Source: Anaerolineales bacterium
GTDB taxonomy: Bacteria; Chloroflexota; Anaerolineae; Anaerolineales; UBA11579
DNA length: 54,530 bases
Direction: 5' to 3'
NCBI GenBank assembly: GCA_024710875.1
Contig: JANJTX010000143.1
Location: forward strand, 1-54,530
Both the position numbers and the translations under genes were made by a program. The notes under the pieces were generated by a model. The model saw only the letters and a list, made by a program, of their open reading frames with translations. It did not search any database and had not been told where the DNA came from. Below, piece after piece: positions 33,937-42,710 of the stretch (position 1 is the stretch's first letter; each line of letters opens with the position of its first letter).

Positions 33937-34389
33937 ATGCAACTTTCACTGCGCCGCGCCATCCAGATGAGTATACTGGTGTGCTTGCCCGTACTGGCTG
34001 GCTGCGCCGAAACGCCTGCGGCTACTGTAGACCACTCCCAACACATGATGACCATGCCTGCCGATTCTGCAACCAATGGCGAACTGCCGGACAATCCCAT
34101 CCCGACCTCTGACGATTCACTGGCCACCGGGGCGCTGCTCTACGAACAGAACTGCCTGGTCTGCCACGGCCCACAGGGGCGCGGCGATGGCCCGGCCGGC
34201 CTGGCCCTCAACCCGCCCCCCGCCGACCTCTCCATCCACACTGAACCCGGCGTTCACCTCGACGGCCAGCTCTACCTCTGGATTTCCGAAGGTGTGCCCG
34301 GCTCCGCCATGCCTGCTTTTGAAACCCTGCTCACCGAGGATGAACGATGGCATCTCGTCAATTACATTCGCTCGTTGTATCAACCCTGA
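33937..34389 (+). CDS. Monoheme c-type cytochrome lipoprotein
   Basis: Lipobox (VLAGC), heme motif CLVCHG and a distal Met region (GSAMPAF). Confidence 0.75.
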   Translation: MQLSLRRAIQMSILVCLPVLAGCAETPAATVDHSQHMMTMPADSATNGELPDNPIPTSDDSLATGALLYEQNCLVCHGPQGRGDGPAGLALNPPPADLSIHTEPGVHLDGQLYLWISEGVPGSAMPAFETLLTEDERWHLVNYIRSLYQP

Positions 34390-35393
34390 TTCTGGCGCTG
34401 GCGCTGGCCGGCTGTGCGCCCGCCGTGCCCGAAGCGCCCAGCGTAACCACACTGGCCGGGCTGGAGCCGCTGGCGGTGCCGCCCGGCCTCTCCGGCACCG
34501 CCACGCTGGCGGTCATGCTCGGCAGCACCTTGCAGGTGGCTGAAATCGACATGGCCTCCGGGGCGGTCACCCTGCTGGCCGAGTCGCCTGCCAATGCCTG
34601 GCTGAATGGCCTGGCCGTCAGCCCCGATGGAACCACCGTGCTGGCCTACGCCTCCCCGCCGGATGGGCCGATTCAGACCGGCTTGAGCGGACTCTATACG
34701 GTTGAAGCCGGACAATTCATCCCCTGGGTGGCGCGCGACCCTGCCATTACCGAGTCCTACCTGCACCCGGCCTTCGCCCCGGACGGCCAGACGCTGTATT
34801 ACACCCATTACGAACTGCTCCCAGATGCCCCCGGCGGCTACCGCTTTCAGATTGAGCAGCGCGGCTTTCCGGACGGCGCGCCGACAGCAATCATTGAATA
34901 TGCGGGTGCGCCCGCACCCTCCCCGGATGGCCAGTGGCTGGCCCTGCTGACCTACACCACCGACCTGGAAGTGAACAACCTGTTGCTGGCCAATGCGGAT
35001 GGCAGCGGCCTGCGCGAGCTACTGCCCGCGGCCGACTATCCCATCGTGGATGCCCCGTCTTTTGCAGCCGACAGCCAGTCAGTCTATGTTTCTCTGCCTG
35101 AGCCGGAATCTGCTGCCGTCTCAAACTGGTGGGATGACCTGCTGGGAGTTCACACCGCCCGCGCCCACAACCTGCCCGCCAACTGGTGGCGCGTGCCGCT
35201 GGCCGGTAGCGCCCCCGAACAACTCACTTTCGATACTTTCACCCAACTGGATGGCGCCCCCTCACCATACGGCAACTGGCTGCTCTCCAGCAGCGACCAG
35301 GGCCTGTTCCTGCTCGATCTTGCCAGCGGCGAAGTGACTTTCCTGCTGCGCGGCAGTGTCTCTTTTTATGGACTGGTAGCCTGGCGGCCGTAG
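34347..35393 (+). CDS. PD40/TolB-like beta-propeller lipoprotein
   Basis: Lipobox (LALAGC) and repeated (S/A)PDG..L.Y motifs. If the ATG at 34347 is correct, it overlaps the cytochrome gene by 43 nt. Confidence 0.55.
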   Translation: MASRQLHSLVVSTLILALALAGCAPAVPEAPSVTTLAGLEPLAVPPGLSGTATLAVMLGSTLQVAEIDMASGAVTLLAESPANAWLNGLAVSPDGTTVLAYASPPDGPIQTGLSGLYTVEAGQFIPWVARDPAITESYLHPAFAPDGQTLYYTHYELLPDAPGGYRFQIEQRGFPDGAPTAIIEYAGAPAPSPDGQWLALLTYTTDLEVNNLLLANADGSGLRELLPAADYPIVDAPSFAADSQSVYVSLPEPESAAVSNWWDDLLGVHTARAHNLPANWWRVPLAGSAPEQLTFDTFTQLDGAPSPYGNWLLSSSDQGLFLLDLASGEVTFLLRGSVSFYGLVAWRP

Positions 35394-35395
35394 AT

Positions 35396-35516
35396 GCCAT
35401 TCTAAATTCTAGTAGCGAGATTAAATAGAGCCTTCGATGTCGAAACTTGAATGACATTTTCGCGCGTAGGGGCGACCTGCAGGTCGCCCCTACCACTCCT
35501 GGACGCTATTTCATGG
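35396..35516. repeat. MITE-like ~120-bp element with a central 28-nt perfect palindrome (copy 2)
   Basis: The palindrome GTAGGGGCGACCTGCAGGTCGCCCCTAC is at 35466-35493. Its flanks are shared with 14778-14905, and it also lies between convergent genes. Confidence 0.75.
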
Positions 35517-35530
35517 CCGCTAAACAGTTT

Positions 35531-36373
35531 CTATGGGCTTGAGTCCACATCCACCACACAGCGAAACCCCACCGCCGTGGAGGCGAACTCCGGGGGCCGC
35601 GCAAAACGCGCCGCGCTGCGCACTTCATAGGGCGCGTGTGCAAACCAATCACCGCCGCGCGTCACTCCCTGCCCGTTGGCCCCGCCCGTGAGTGGATACG
35701 GCTGATAATCGCCCGCCACCCACTCGGCAATGCTGCCCGCCAAATCCTGCACCCCCACCCAGGAAGCCCCGCCCGGGTAACTCCCCACCGGTTCCATCAC
35801 AATCGAAAACCACAGCAAATCCTCACGCTGGAATTCATTCCCCCACGGGTATATCAGACTGTCCGGCCCGCGGGCGGCATATTCCCATTCGGCCTCGGTT
35901 GGCAGCCGCGCCCCGCGCCCGGCGCAGAACGCCGCCGCTTCAGCCCGCGTGACGGTTTCGCGCGGCCAGCGCGGGTCGCGCCAGTTATCGCCTTCATAGC
36001 CGCCATAGGCAACGTTGCTGACTTCCAGCACATCCATCCAGAACGGCCCCTCAATGCAGTCCTCATGCGCCGGGGTCTCATCCTCAAAAGAAACTTTGCA
36101 CCCATACAGGCTATAGTATTTATCACAGGCGGCCTGGGCTACGGCCAGTTGTTCTGGCGTACTGCCCATTTCGAAGCAGCCCGCTGGCACCAGCGCCATA
36201 TCCACCCCATCCAATTCAGCGACAAACGGCTGCCAATCCGCGTTTCGGCTTACACCCTGCACCGCATGCGCTTCAGCCGCCAACCGTTGCCGCGCCCGGT
36301 ACTCCCCCAGCCCCCACCATAGCCCCCAGCCGGCCAGCAGCAAGACCAAACCGACTGCCGCGGCCCGTTTCAT
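35531..36373 (-). CDS. Formylglycine-generating-enzyme family (SUMF1/FGE-sulfatase domain) protein, membrane anchored
   Basis: N-terminal TM helix, then RLPTEAEWEYAARG and RGGDW...FRCV motifs. Start reset to ATG 36373, which has an ATGA overlap with the upstream gene. Confidence 0.8.
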   Translation of the reverse strand: MKRAAAVGLVLLLAGWGLWWGLGEYRARQRLAAEAHAVQGVSRNADWQPFVAELDGVDMALVPAGCFEMGSTPEQLAVAQAACDKYYSLYGCKVSFEDETPAHEDCIEGPFWMDVLEVSNVAYGGYEGDNWRDPRWPRETVTRAEAAAFCAGRGARLPTEAEWEYAARGPDSLIYPWGNEFQREDLLWFSIVMEPVGSYPGGASWVGVQDLAGSIAEWVAGDYQPYPLTGGANGQGVTRGGDWFAHAPYEVRSAARFARPPEFASTAVGFRCVVDVDSSP

Positions 36374-37029
36374 GCCGCCATTTCTCGCTGTCGGCCAGCC
36401 GCCAGCGCTCGCCCGACTGCCGCGCTGCCAGCCACCGCCGCCGCGAGGATCCCCAAAATCGTGACGGTCACCATCGTAAAGCGCTGTTCGGCCCCCGGCG
36501 CGCCCACCTGATAACCGAGCGCCACATCCATAAACAGGGCGGTCAGGAAGAACGCCAGCCCGGCGGCCAGCCCGCCCCACAACCCCAGCCGCAACCCCAG
36601 CCGCAGGTCACGCCCCGCCAGCCCCAGCGCCAAACCGGTGCCAAAAGCAGCCACTGCCGCCACGCTCACAAACACCACCATGAACAACTGGTGGATTTCC
36701 AAATCCGTGCGCATCATGAAAATCTGAATGCGCCGCTCTATGTGATTCAGATATAGGGCGCTGCCGCCAATCAGCACGCCAAAGGCCAGCCCGGCCGCCC
36801 AGCCATAGCGTCCGGCGGGTTGCAACCCGTGTAACTTTGCCATCGCCCGTCCCCACAAAAAAGCCGGCAGCCCAAACAGAATCATAAACAACGCCGTCGT
36901 CACGGCTTCATTGAGCCCCTCGCCCGAAATGCCCATCGCCTCCAGAATGCCGGCCAGCAAAACCATTAACGCCACGCTGCCCAGCAACCACAACCCCCGT
37001 ATCCCGGATTGCATTATCAATGAATTCAT
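36370..37029 (-). CDS. Hypothetical integral membrane protein
   Basis: 219 aa with about 6 TM helices. It is translationally coupled to the FGE-family gene. Confidence 0.5.
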   Translation of the reverse strand: MNSLIMQSGIRGLWLLGSVALMVLLAGILEAMGISGEGLNEAVTTALFMILFGLPAFLWGRAMAKLHGLQPAGRYGWAAGLAFGVLIGGSALYLNHIERRIQIFMMRTDLEIHQLFMVVFVSVAAVAAFGTGLALGLAGRDLRLGLRLGLWGGLAAGLAFFLTALFMDVALGYQVGAPGAEQRFTMVTVTILGILAAAVAGSAAVGRALAAGRQREMAA

Positions 37030-37115
37030 CCTCGCTCCTCCTCGAGTCGATTTCCCTCCATCCTACGCCTTTCGTAATTCGGAGTCAATCGGCCAGAATA
37101 AAAGCGCGGCCAGAT

Positions 37116-37139
37116 CAGACGGCGGGCTTCAGCCCGCTG
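37116..37139. repeat. REP-like hairpin CAGAC-GGCGGGCTTCAGCCCGCTG
   Basis: Same family as 6361-6384. It is one of three GC-rich hairpins in the 37030-37310 spacer; the others are at 37171-37190 and 37221-37244. Confidence 0.6.
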
Positions 37140-37310
37140 CAGCCAAAAAACGGTCGCTGACTAATGCAAACGGCCCGCCGAAGCGGGCCGAGTGCACAAG
37201 GAGAGAGGGAAAAGGACAGGGCGGGGGTTTGATCGCACCCCCGCCAGCCGGAGGAGAAAGCGAATGATGGCAACCCGGCCAGGAAGTTTCGGCCCTGACC
37301 GGGACAAAAC

Positions 37311-38705
37311 CTATTTCCCGATGGCGGCCTCCGCCAGGTTCACGCGCGGCAGGTCGGCCTGCGCCGCCGCCACCGCCTCGGCCGGGTAGTCATAGTCCTG
37401 CAAGCCGCCCTGCAGATACTGCTCATAGGCCGCCAGGTCAAAATTCCCGTGGCCGGAAAGGTTAAAGAGGATGACGCGCTTTTCGCCAGTCGCCTTCGCT
37501 TCCAGCGCCTCATCAATCGCCGCCCGGATGGCATGCGCTGACTCGGGCGCCGGGACGATGCCCTCGCTGCGGGCAAACTGCACCGCCGCCTCAAATGTGC
37601 CAATCTGCGGCACCGCTTTGGCCTCGATGTACCCGGCATCATACAGGGCGCAGATGCTGGGAGCCATGCCGTGGTAACGCAGCCCGCCAGCGTGAATCGG
37701 GGCGGGCATGAACGAATGCCCCAGGGTGTGCATCTTGACAATCGGCGCCATGCGGGCCGTATCGCCGTAATCAAAGGCGTAGATGCCCTTCGTCAGTGAG
37801 GGCGTGGCGGCCGGTTCCACCGCCAGCAGGCGGGTGCGCTGGCCGTCGCGCAGGTTCTGGCGCAGGAAGGGATAGGCAATGCCGGCAAAATTGGAGCCCC
37901 CGCCCACACAGCCGATGACCACATCCGGGTATTCCCCGGCCATGTCCATCTGTTTGAGGGCTTCCTCGCCAATTACCGATTGGTGCATCAGCACATGCCC
38001 CAGCACCGAGCCGAGGCTGTATTTCTTGGCCCCGTTGGAGGTTGCCGCCGCTTCCACCGCCTCGGAGATGGCAATTCCCAGCGAACCGGGGTTCTCAGCA
38101 TCCTGCGCCAGCAGGGCGCGCCCGTATTCGGTGCGGTCGGTCGGGCTGGCGAAGACCTCGGCCCCAAAGGTTTCCATCAGCACCCGCCGGTAGGGCTTCT
38201 GCTGGTAGGAGACTTTCACCATATACACTTCCAGCGCCAGGTCAAAGAAATTACAGGCCATGGAAAGGGCCGAGCCCCACTGTCCGGCGCCGGTCTCGGT
38301 GGTCAGCGCCTTGGTTCCGGCGGCCTTGTTGAAAAACGCCTGCGGGATGGCGGTATTGAGCTTGTGGCTGCCGGCCGGGGAGGCGCCTTCGTACTTGTAA
38401 TAAATATGCGCCGGCGTGCCCAGCGCCTGCTCCAGCCGCCGGGCGCGAATCAGCGGCGTGGGGCGGTACAGTTTGTAGATGTCGCGCACTTCTTCGGGGA
38501 TGTCAATTTGCGCTTCGGCGCTGACTTCCTGCATAATCAAGTCCATCGGGAACAGCACGCTTAAGAAATCCGGCGTCACCGGTTCCTGCGTACCCGGGTG
38601 CAGCACCGGCTGGGGCGGCACGGGCATATCGGCGTTGATGTTGTACCACTGCCGCGGGATATCGCTCTCGTTCAGCAGGAATTTGGTCTGATTTTCGTTA
38701 CTCAT
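37311..38705 (-). CDS. trpB: TrpB-like PLP-dependent enzyme, tryptophan synthase beta chain type 2 (TrpB2)
   Basis: 464 aa. It has the long N-terminal extension ([12 protein letters not shown]) typical of TrpB2, the PLP-Lys context (GSHKLN) and GGGSN. No trpA gene is adjacent. Confidence 0.85.
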   Translation of the reverse strand: MSNENQTKFLLNESDIPRQWYNINADMPVPPQPVLHPGTQEPVTPDFLSVLFPMDLIMQEVSAEAQIDIPEEVRDIYKLYRPTPLIRARRLEQALGTPAHIYYKYEGASPAGSHKLNTAIPQAFFNKAAGTKALTTETGAGQWGSALSMACNFFDLALEVYMVKVSYQQKPYRRVLMETFGAEVFASPTDRTEYGRALLAQDAENPGSLGIAISEAVEAAATSNGAKKYSLGSVLGHVLMHQSVIGEEALKQMDMAGEYPDVVIGCVGGGSNFAGIAYPFLRQNLRDGQRTRLLAVEPAATPSLTKGIYAFDYGDTARMAPIVKMHTLGHSFMPAPIHAGGLRYHGMAPSICALYDAGYIEAKAVPQIGTFEAAVQFARSEGIVPAPESAHAIRAAIDEALEAKATGEKRVILFNLSGHGNFDLAAYEQYLQGGLQDYDYPAEAVAAAQADLPRVNLAEAAIGK

Positions 38706-38810
38706 CGTTTTTTCTCCGTTGTTTGGGAAGGGTTTCGGATGTCACTATCCAGAAAACGTCACAACCGCAGCCCTTCAAGGCGGCCGAAAGACACGCAACA
38801 TGTCGGCCTC

Positions 38811-38975
38811 CTATACCAGTGCCAGCGGTTTTTCCGCCAGCGCCGTCTGAGCGTTTTCTACCGATTGGACCGCCACAAACAGGCCCAGCCGTTCCTGCAC
38901 TTCCATCAGCGTGGGTGCATTGGCTTCCGGCACCGCCGGGGTCTCTTTTTCATTCGGGTCTTTCACTAACTTCAT
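38811..38975 (-). CDS. Small hypothetical ORF (54 aa) between the T-box terminator and trpB2
   Basis: Not in the supplied ORF track because it is under 60 aa. It has an ATG with an AGGAG 7 nt upstream and encodes MKLVKDPNEKETPAVPEANAPTLMEVQERLGLFVAVQSVENAQTALAEKPLALV. Confidence 0.3.
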   Translation of the reverse strand: MKLVKDPNEKETPAVPEANAPTLMEVQERLGLFVAVQSVENAQTALAEKPLALV

Positions 38976-38994
38976 GGCCTTGCTCCTGTTCCAG

Positions 38995-39358
38995 AAATTA
39001 AAAACGTCCGTCCACTAAGGGGACGAACGTTTCAGGAAACATCCGTGGTGCCACCCCGGTTAGGCTATGCCAATCCTTTAAACAAAAATCCCTGCCGGTG
39101 TTTGCGACAGGGGGGAAAGGCCAGCCTCACTCGAGCGAGTACGGAAACTGCTTGCGCAGCTCATTTACTCTTTGCCGTGATAACGGTGGCAACTCCGGCA
39201 CAGGCTAGTTGGATTTCTCCGTTCGCCCTGCAACTCCGAGGTCCATTCTGCGCCGGCGTGTCGGGCGAGGCTCTCACCAATCGCTCGCTCTCTGGGCCGC
39301 CGTTTCGGCGCATACTCGTCCTCTTCATCGTCTTTTAAGGGGATATGGAATTGTTAAA
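38995..39358 (-). promoter_or_regulatory. T-box riboswitch leader, tryptophan (UGG) specifier
   Basis: Read on the minus strand:
- AG-bay AGAGAG.
- Distal-loop UGGUGAGAG.
- Specifier context GAAUGGA (UGG at 39245-39243).
- F-box CCGUUA (39186-39181).
- T-box GGGUGGCACCACGG (39057-39043).
- A 12-bp terminator stem (39032-39002) followed by a U-run. Confidence 0.8.
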
Positions 39359-39366
39359 CTGGATAG

Positions 39367-39396
39367 GTTATATCATTTTATGGCGGGCCTTGTCAA
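39367..39396 (-). promoter_or_regulatory. Promoter of the T-box/trpB2 unit (TTGACA-18-TATAAC with a TG extension)
   Basis: On the minus strand, TTGACA is at 39396-39391 and TGATATAAC at 39375-39367. Confidence 0.5.
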
Positions 39397-39436
39397 GCGC
39401 GGCTTTGCAAGGGGAATGTCCAGGTTGGATCAGACA

Positions 39437-39491
39437 GGAGTCGACGCTTTAGCGGAAAATTCATCCGCTACTCGGCTAAAGCCTCGACTCC
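39437..39491. repeat. Long imperfect hairpin (17-bp stem) of the GGCTAAAGCC..GACT repeat family
   Basis: GGAGTCGACGCTTTAGC pairs with GCTAAAGCCTCGACTCC with one mismatch. The motif GGCTAAAGCC-GACT recurs at about 44953-44968. It lies just downstream of rsgA. Confidence 0.6.
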
Positions 39492-39524
39492 GATTAAACA
39501 CCCGCGAAGACATGGGCTTTTCCT

Positions 39525-40436
39525 TTATTCATCATCCTCGCCCGCCCGCATACGTACATACGAATCATAACGTGCCGCCGCGATCTCGCCGGCTTCCACC
39601 GCTGCCATCACCGCACAGCCAGTTTCTTTGATGTGGGTGCAGTTGCTCCACTTGCAGTCCGGCACCCGCTGCGAAATCTCGGGAAAATAGGCGTCTAACT
39701 CTTCCGGCTCAATATCCCACAACGCCAGCGCTTTCAGGCCGGGCGTGTCAGCCACATAGCCACCGTCCTCCAGCGCGAATAACTCCCGCACTGTAGTCGT
39801 GTGGCGGCCCTTGCCGGTCGCCGCGCTCACGGCGCTCACTGCCAGCCCCAGCCCCGGCTGGATGGCATTCAGCAGGCTGGATTTGCCCACGCCTGAAGGA
39901 CCGGCAAAAATACTCACCTTGTCCCGCAGGGCCGCGCCCAGTTCGGCCACGCCCTGCCCACTGTTGGCCGAGGCGAAAACCAGCCGGTAGCCCAGGGTCG
40001 GGTAATGCCCGAACAACGCCTGTGCCTCGTCCTCACCAACCAGGTCAGTCTTGTTCGCTACAATCAGAGATGGAATATCCTGTCGCTCAGCGATAATCAA
40101 AAATCGGTCGAGCATACGGGTCTTGGGTTCCGGGTCGGCGCAGGCAAACACAAACACCGCCTGATCCAGGTTGGCCACCAGTATTTGTTCATATTCACCG
40201 CGGGCGGTGGGTGCCAGTCGCGAGAACTTGCGCGTCCGTTCCTCCACCGCTTCAATCATCGCCTGTTCTCCCGGTGGCGTCGAGACTTCCACCCAATCGC
40301 CTACCGCAATCAGGTCCCCGGTTTTGGCCCCCTGTTTTATCCGCCCACGCAGGTGGGCAGTCACCTCGCCCTCAGGAGTGGCCACTGTAAAAAAGCCGGA
40401 CTGGGAGCGGATAACCCGCCCGCGGGTGTGAGTCAT
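39525..40436 (-). CDS. rsgA: Ribosome small subunit-dependent GTPase A
   Basis: Circularly permuted GTPase order (NKTDL ... GPSGVGKSSLLN), an OB-like N-terminus and a C-terminal Zn-knuckle (C..C.H....C). Confidence 0.9.
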   Translation of the reverse strand: MTHTRGRVIRSQSGFFTVATPEGEVTAHLRGRIKQGAKTGDLIAVGDWVEVSTPPGEQAMIEAVEERTRKFSRLAPTARGEYEQILVANLDQAVFVFACADPEPKTRMLDRFLIIAERQDIPSLIVANKTDLVGEDEAQALFGHYPTLGYRLVFASANSGQGVAELGAALRDKVSIFAGPSGVGKSSLLNAIQPGLGLAVSAVSAATGKGRHTTTVRELFALEDGGYVADTPGLKALALWDIEPEELDAYFPEISQRVPDCKWSNCTHIKETGCAVMAAVEAGEIAAARYDSYVRMRAGEDDE

Positions 40437-40439
40437 GGA

Positions 40440-42710
40440 TTAGGGCGAGGGCGTAACTACCGCCGGGGCAGTCCCTTCGTCGCCTTCGTCGCCTTCCTCT
40501 CCTTCTGGCGTGGGGTTGAAGAATTCGGGGTTAAACACGCCGATCTGCGTTTCCCACGGGTAACGGCTTTGTGGGCTGCCAAAGAAGTAGGCCTCCACCA
40601 CCCGCTTGAAGATAGGAGCGGCAAACTCGGAGCCTTCACCGATGTTCTCGACAATCACAGCTATGGCGATATCCGGCAGGTCAGCCCGGTTCTGGTTGGT
40701 ATAGCCGATAAACCAGGCGTGCGGCAGCAGCCCCGGCCCGGTTTGGGCTGTGCCGGTCTTGCCGTAAATTGAAATCGTGAGGTTCAGGAAGCGGCTGTAG
40801 GCCGTGCCGCGCGGGTCATTAATCACGCTGCGCATGGCCGCCTGTAGCGCGGCCAGAATCTCCGGGTCCAGGTCAGTTGTGCCACGCACCTGCGGCGTGA
40901 ACACCAGGGTCGCCTGCCCGTCGGTACTCAAAATTTGTTCCACCAGCGCCGGCTGGTAAAGGGTGCCGCCATTGCCCAGGGCGGCCGCAAACACTGCCAT
41001 TTGCAGCGGCGTCACCAGTGTATCGCTCTGGCCAATCGCCTGCTGGGCGGCGTTAAAACGCGGGTCTGAACCGGTGGTGGAGGTATCTGGCGTGGTAATC
41101 TGGCCGGCCGCCTCGGTCAGCGCTTCCAGCCCGGTCGGGCTACCCAGCCCAAAACGGCGGCTCATTTCGGCGATCAGGTCCGGAAAGCCATTGTTATACA
41201 GCGCCAGACCAATCTCATAGAACCACGGGTTGCACGAGCGCATCAGTCCGCCCGGCAGCGTCAGCTCGCCGCTGGCCGGCAAGCCCTTGGCCAGAGTCCA
41301 GTCTTCCAACGGAGAGCCTTCGCCCAAACCGGTCCACAGGTGGCCGCAAAAATACGTTGAGTTGGTTGAGTACAACTCGCTTTCCAGCGCCGCGGCCATC
41401 GGAATCATCTTGAAAATCGAGCCGGGTGGGTACTGGCCCTGGGTGGCGCGGTTAAAGAAGCGGCCGTTGTTGTCCGGGAAGTAAGTACTCCATTGCGAAA
41501 TCGGGTTGCTGAAATCAGCACTGTTGGGGTCAAACGTCGGCGAGGAAGCAATCGCCAGAATGCGGCCGGTGTCACGTTCCAGCACCACAATTGCGCCGGT
41601 AAAATCGCGAATAGCGGCCTGGGTCTCACGCTGCAAGTCGCGGTCAATCGTCAGGTAAACGGACTGTGCCGGTTGGGCTTCGCGTCGCGCCAGAATCGTC
41701 ACCCGTAGCCCTTCCGGACTGATGACATACAACTCCCCACCGCGCTGGCCCGAGAGATAGGGCTCGCCCCAGCGCTCAATCCCCTGCTTCCCGATGATGG
41801 CATCAATTGGAACGCCCTGACGCGCCAGCTCCTCGGCTTCGTCGGCCCCCACCCGGCCCACATAGCCAATCGCGTGCGCTCCACCGGTCGCGAGCGGGTA
41901 CAGGCGGGTGAAATAGCGATCAAAACGGATGAAATTGTAGTACGGCTGCAGGAATTGCTCACGGAGACTGAATTGCTCGCCCGAGACCACCCCAATAGGC
42001 AACAGGAAAGGGGCATCCTCGGCAAAAATCTGCTCGGCCAGGGTCTGGGCGCGCTGCCCGGTCAGGGTTGCCAGTTGCGAGGCCAGCCCGCTACCAGAAT
42101 CTTCATCCACCGTGCTGGGGATGACCTGCACCGCCACCGCCTCGGAATCCCCGGCCAGAACTGCCCCGTCGCGGTCATATATCAGGCCGCGGGTTGGGTT
42201 AAAACGTTGCATGCTCAAGGTGTTGCCGCCCGCCAGTTCCGGTAGAATCAGGCTGTCATCCCATACTACCCGCCATTCACCGCCCTCCAGGCTCAAGTTC
42301 ATCGTCGTGTCGCGGGTAATCTCCCCCACCAGCGCCGAAGTGAGCGTTACCCGGTAGGCGATCTGTGCATTCGTCGGGTTAATCAGGGTTTGCAGCAGTT
42401 CATAGTCCACCGCCGTCAGAGTGGCTTCCAACGCCACCGCCGTATAGCGGGCATCAAACTGTTCAAACGAAAACGCATCCTGGCTGATTTGAGTCAGCCG
42501 GGCGTGCATACTTTCATAGTCAAACGCCTTCCAGGCATCCAGATAGGCGCGGGCGGCATCTTCCACGCTCGGCACGGAAGTCGTAATGACCTCCGCTTCG
42601 CGAGTTGGCACAGGCGTAGACGGCGCGGCCGGCTGGCCGCCCCCCAGGCTGCATCCAGCCGCAAAAACCAGCGCGCCCAGCGCCAGCCAGTGAATCAATC
42701 GCATCCTCAT
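40440..42710 (-). CDS. Penicillin-binding protein 2-type transpeptidase with an N-terminal NTF2/MecA_N-like domain
   Basis: Lipobox (FAAGC), a PBP dimerisation region, active-site SIFK (SxxK) and a KTGTA (KTG) box. It has a C-terminal acidic tail. Confidence 0.85.
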   Translation of the reverse strand: MRMRLIHWLALGALVFAAGCSLGGGQPAAPSTPVPTREAEVITTSVPSVEDAARAYLDAWKAFDYESMHARLTQISQDAFSFEQFDARYTAVALEATLTAVDYELLQTLINPTNAQIAYRVTLTSALVGEITRDTTMNLSLEGGEWRVVWDDSLILPELAGGNTLSMQRFNPTRGLIYDRDGAVLAGDSEAVAVQVIPSTVDEDSGSGLASQLATLTGQRAQTLAEQIFAEDAPFLLPIGVVSGEQFSLREQFLQPYYNFIRFDRYFTRLYPLATGGAHAIGYVGRVGADEAEELARQGVPIDAIIGKQGIERWGEPYLSGQRGGELYVISPEGLRVTILARREAQPAQSVYLTIDRDLQRETQAAIRDFTGAIVVLERDTGRILAIASSPTFDPNSADFSNPISQWSTYFPDNNGRFFNRATQGQYPPGSIFKMIPMAAALESELYSTNSTYFCGHLWTGLGEGSPLEDWTLAKGLPASGELTLPGGLMRSCNPWFYEIGLALYNNGFPDLIAEMSRRFGLGSPTGLEALTEAAGQITTPDTSTTGSDPRFNAAQQAIGQSDTLVTPLQMAVFAAALGNGGTLYQPALVEQILSTDGQATLVFTPQVRGTTDLDPEILAALQAAMRSVINDPRGTAYSRFLNLTISIYGKTGTAQTGPGLLPHAWFIGYTNQNRADLPDIAIAVIVENIGEGSEFAAPIFKRVVEAYFFGSPQSRYPWETQIGVFNPEFFNPTPEGEEGDEGDEGTAPAVVTPSP

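Noticed and set aside
35396-35516. The AT-rich segment at the main convergence point of gene orientation as a possible dif/terminus site.
   Set aside because: The same sequence family occurs at 14778-14905. It lacks the XerCD-type 11-6-11 architecture, so it is better explained as a dispersed repeat.
37221-37244. GCGGGGGTTTGATCGCACCCCCGC as a possible tRNA T-arm.
   Set aside because: No acceptor, D or anticodon arms can be drawn around it. The stem is 7 bp with a 10-nt loop, so it is not a 5-bp/7-nt T-arm. No tRNA, rRNA or tmRNA signatures were seen anywhere in the window.
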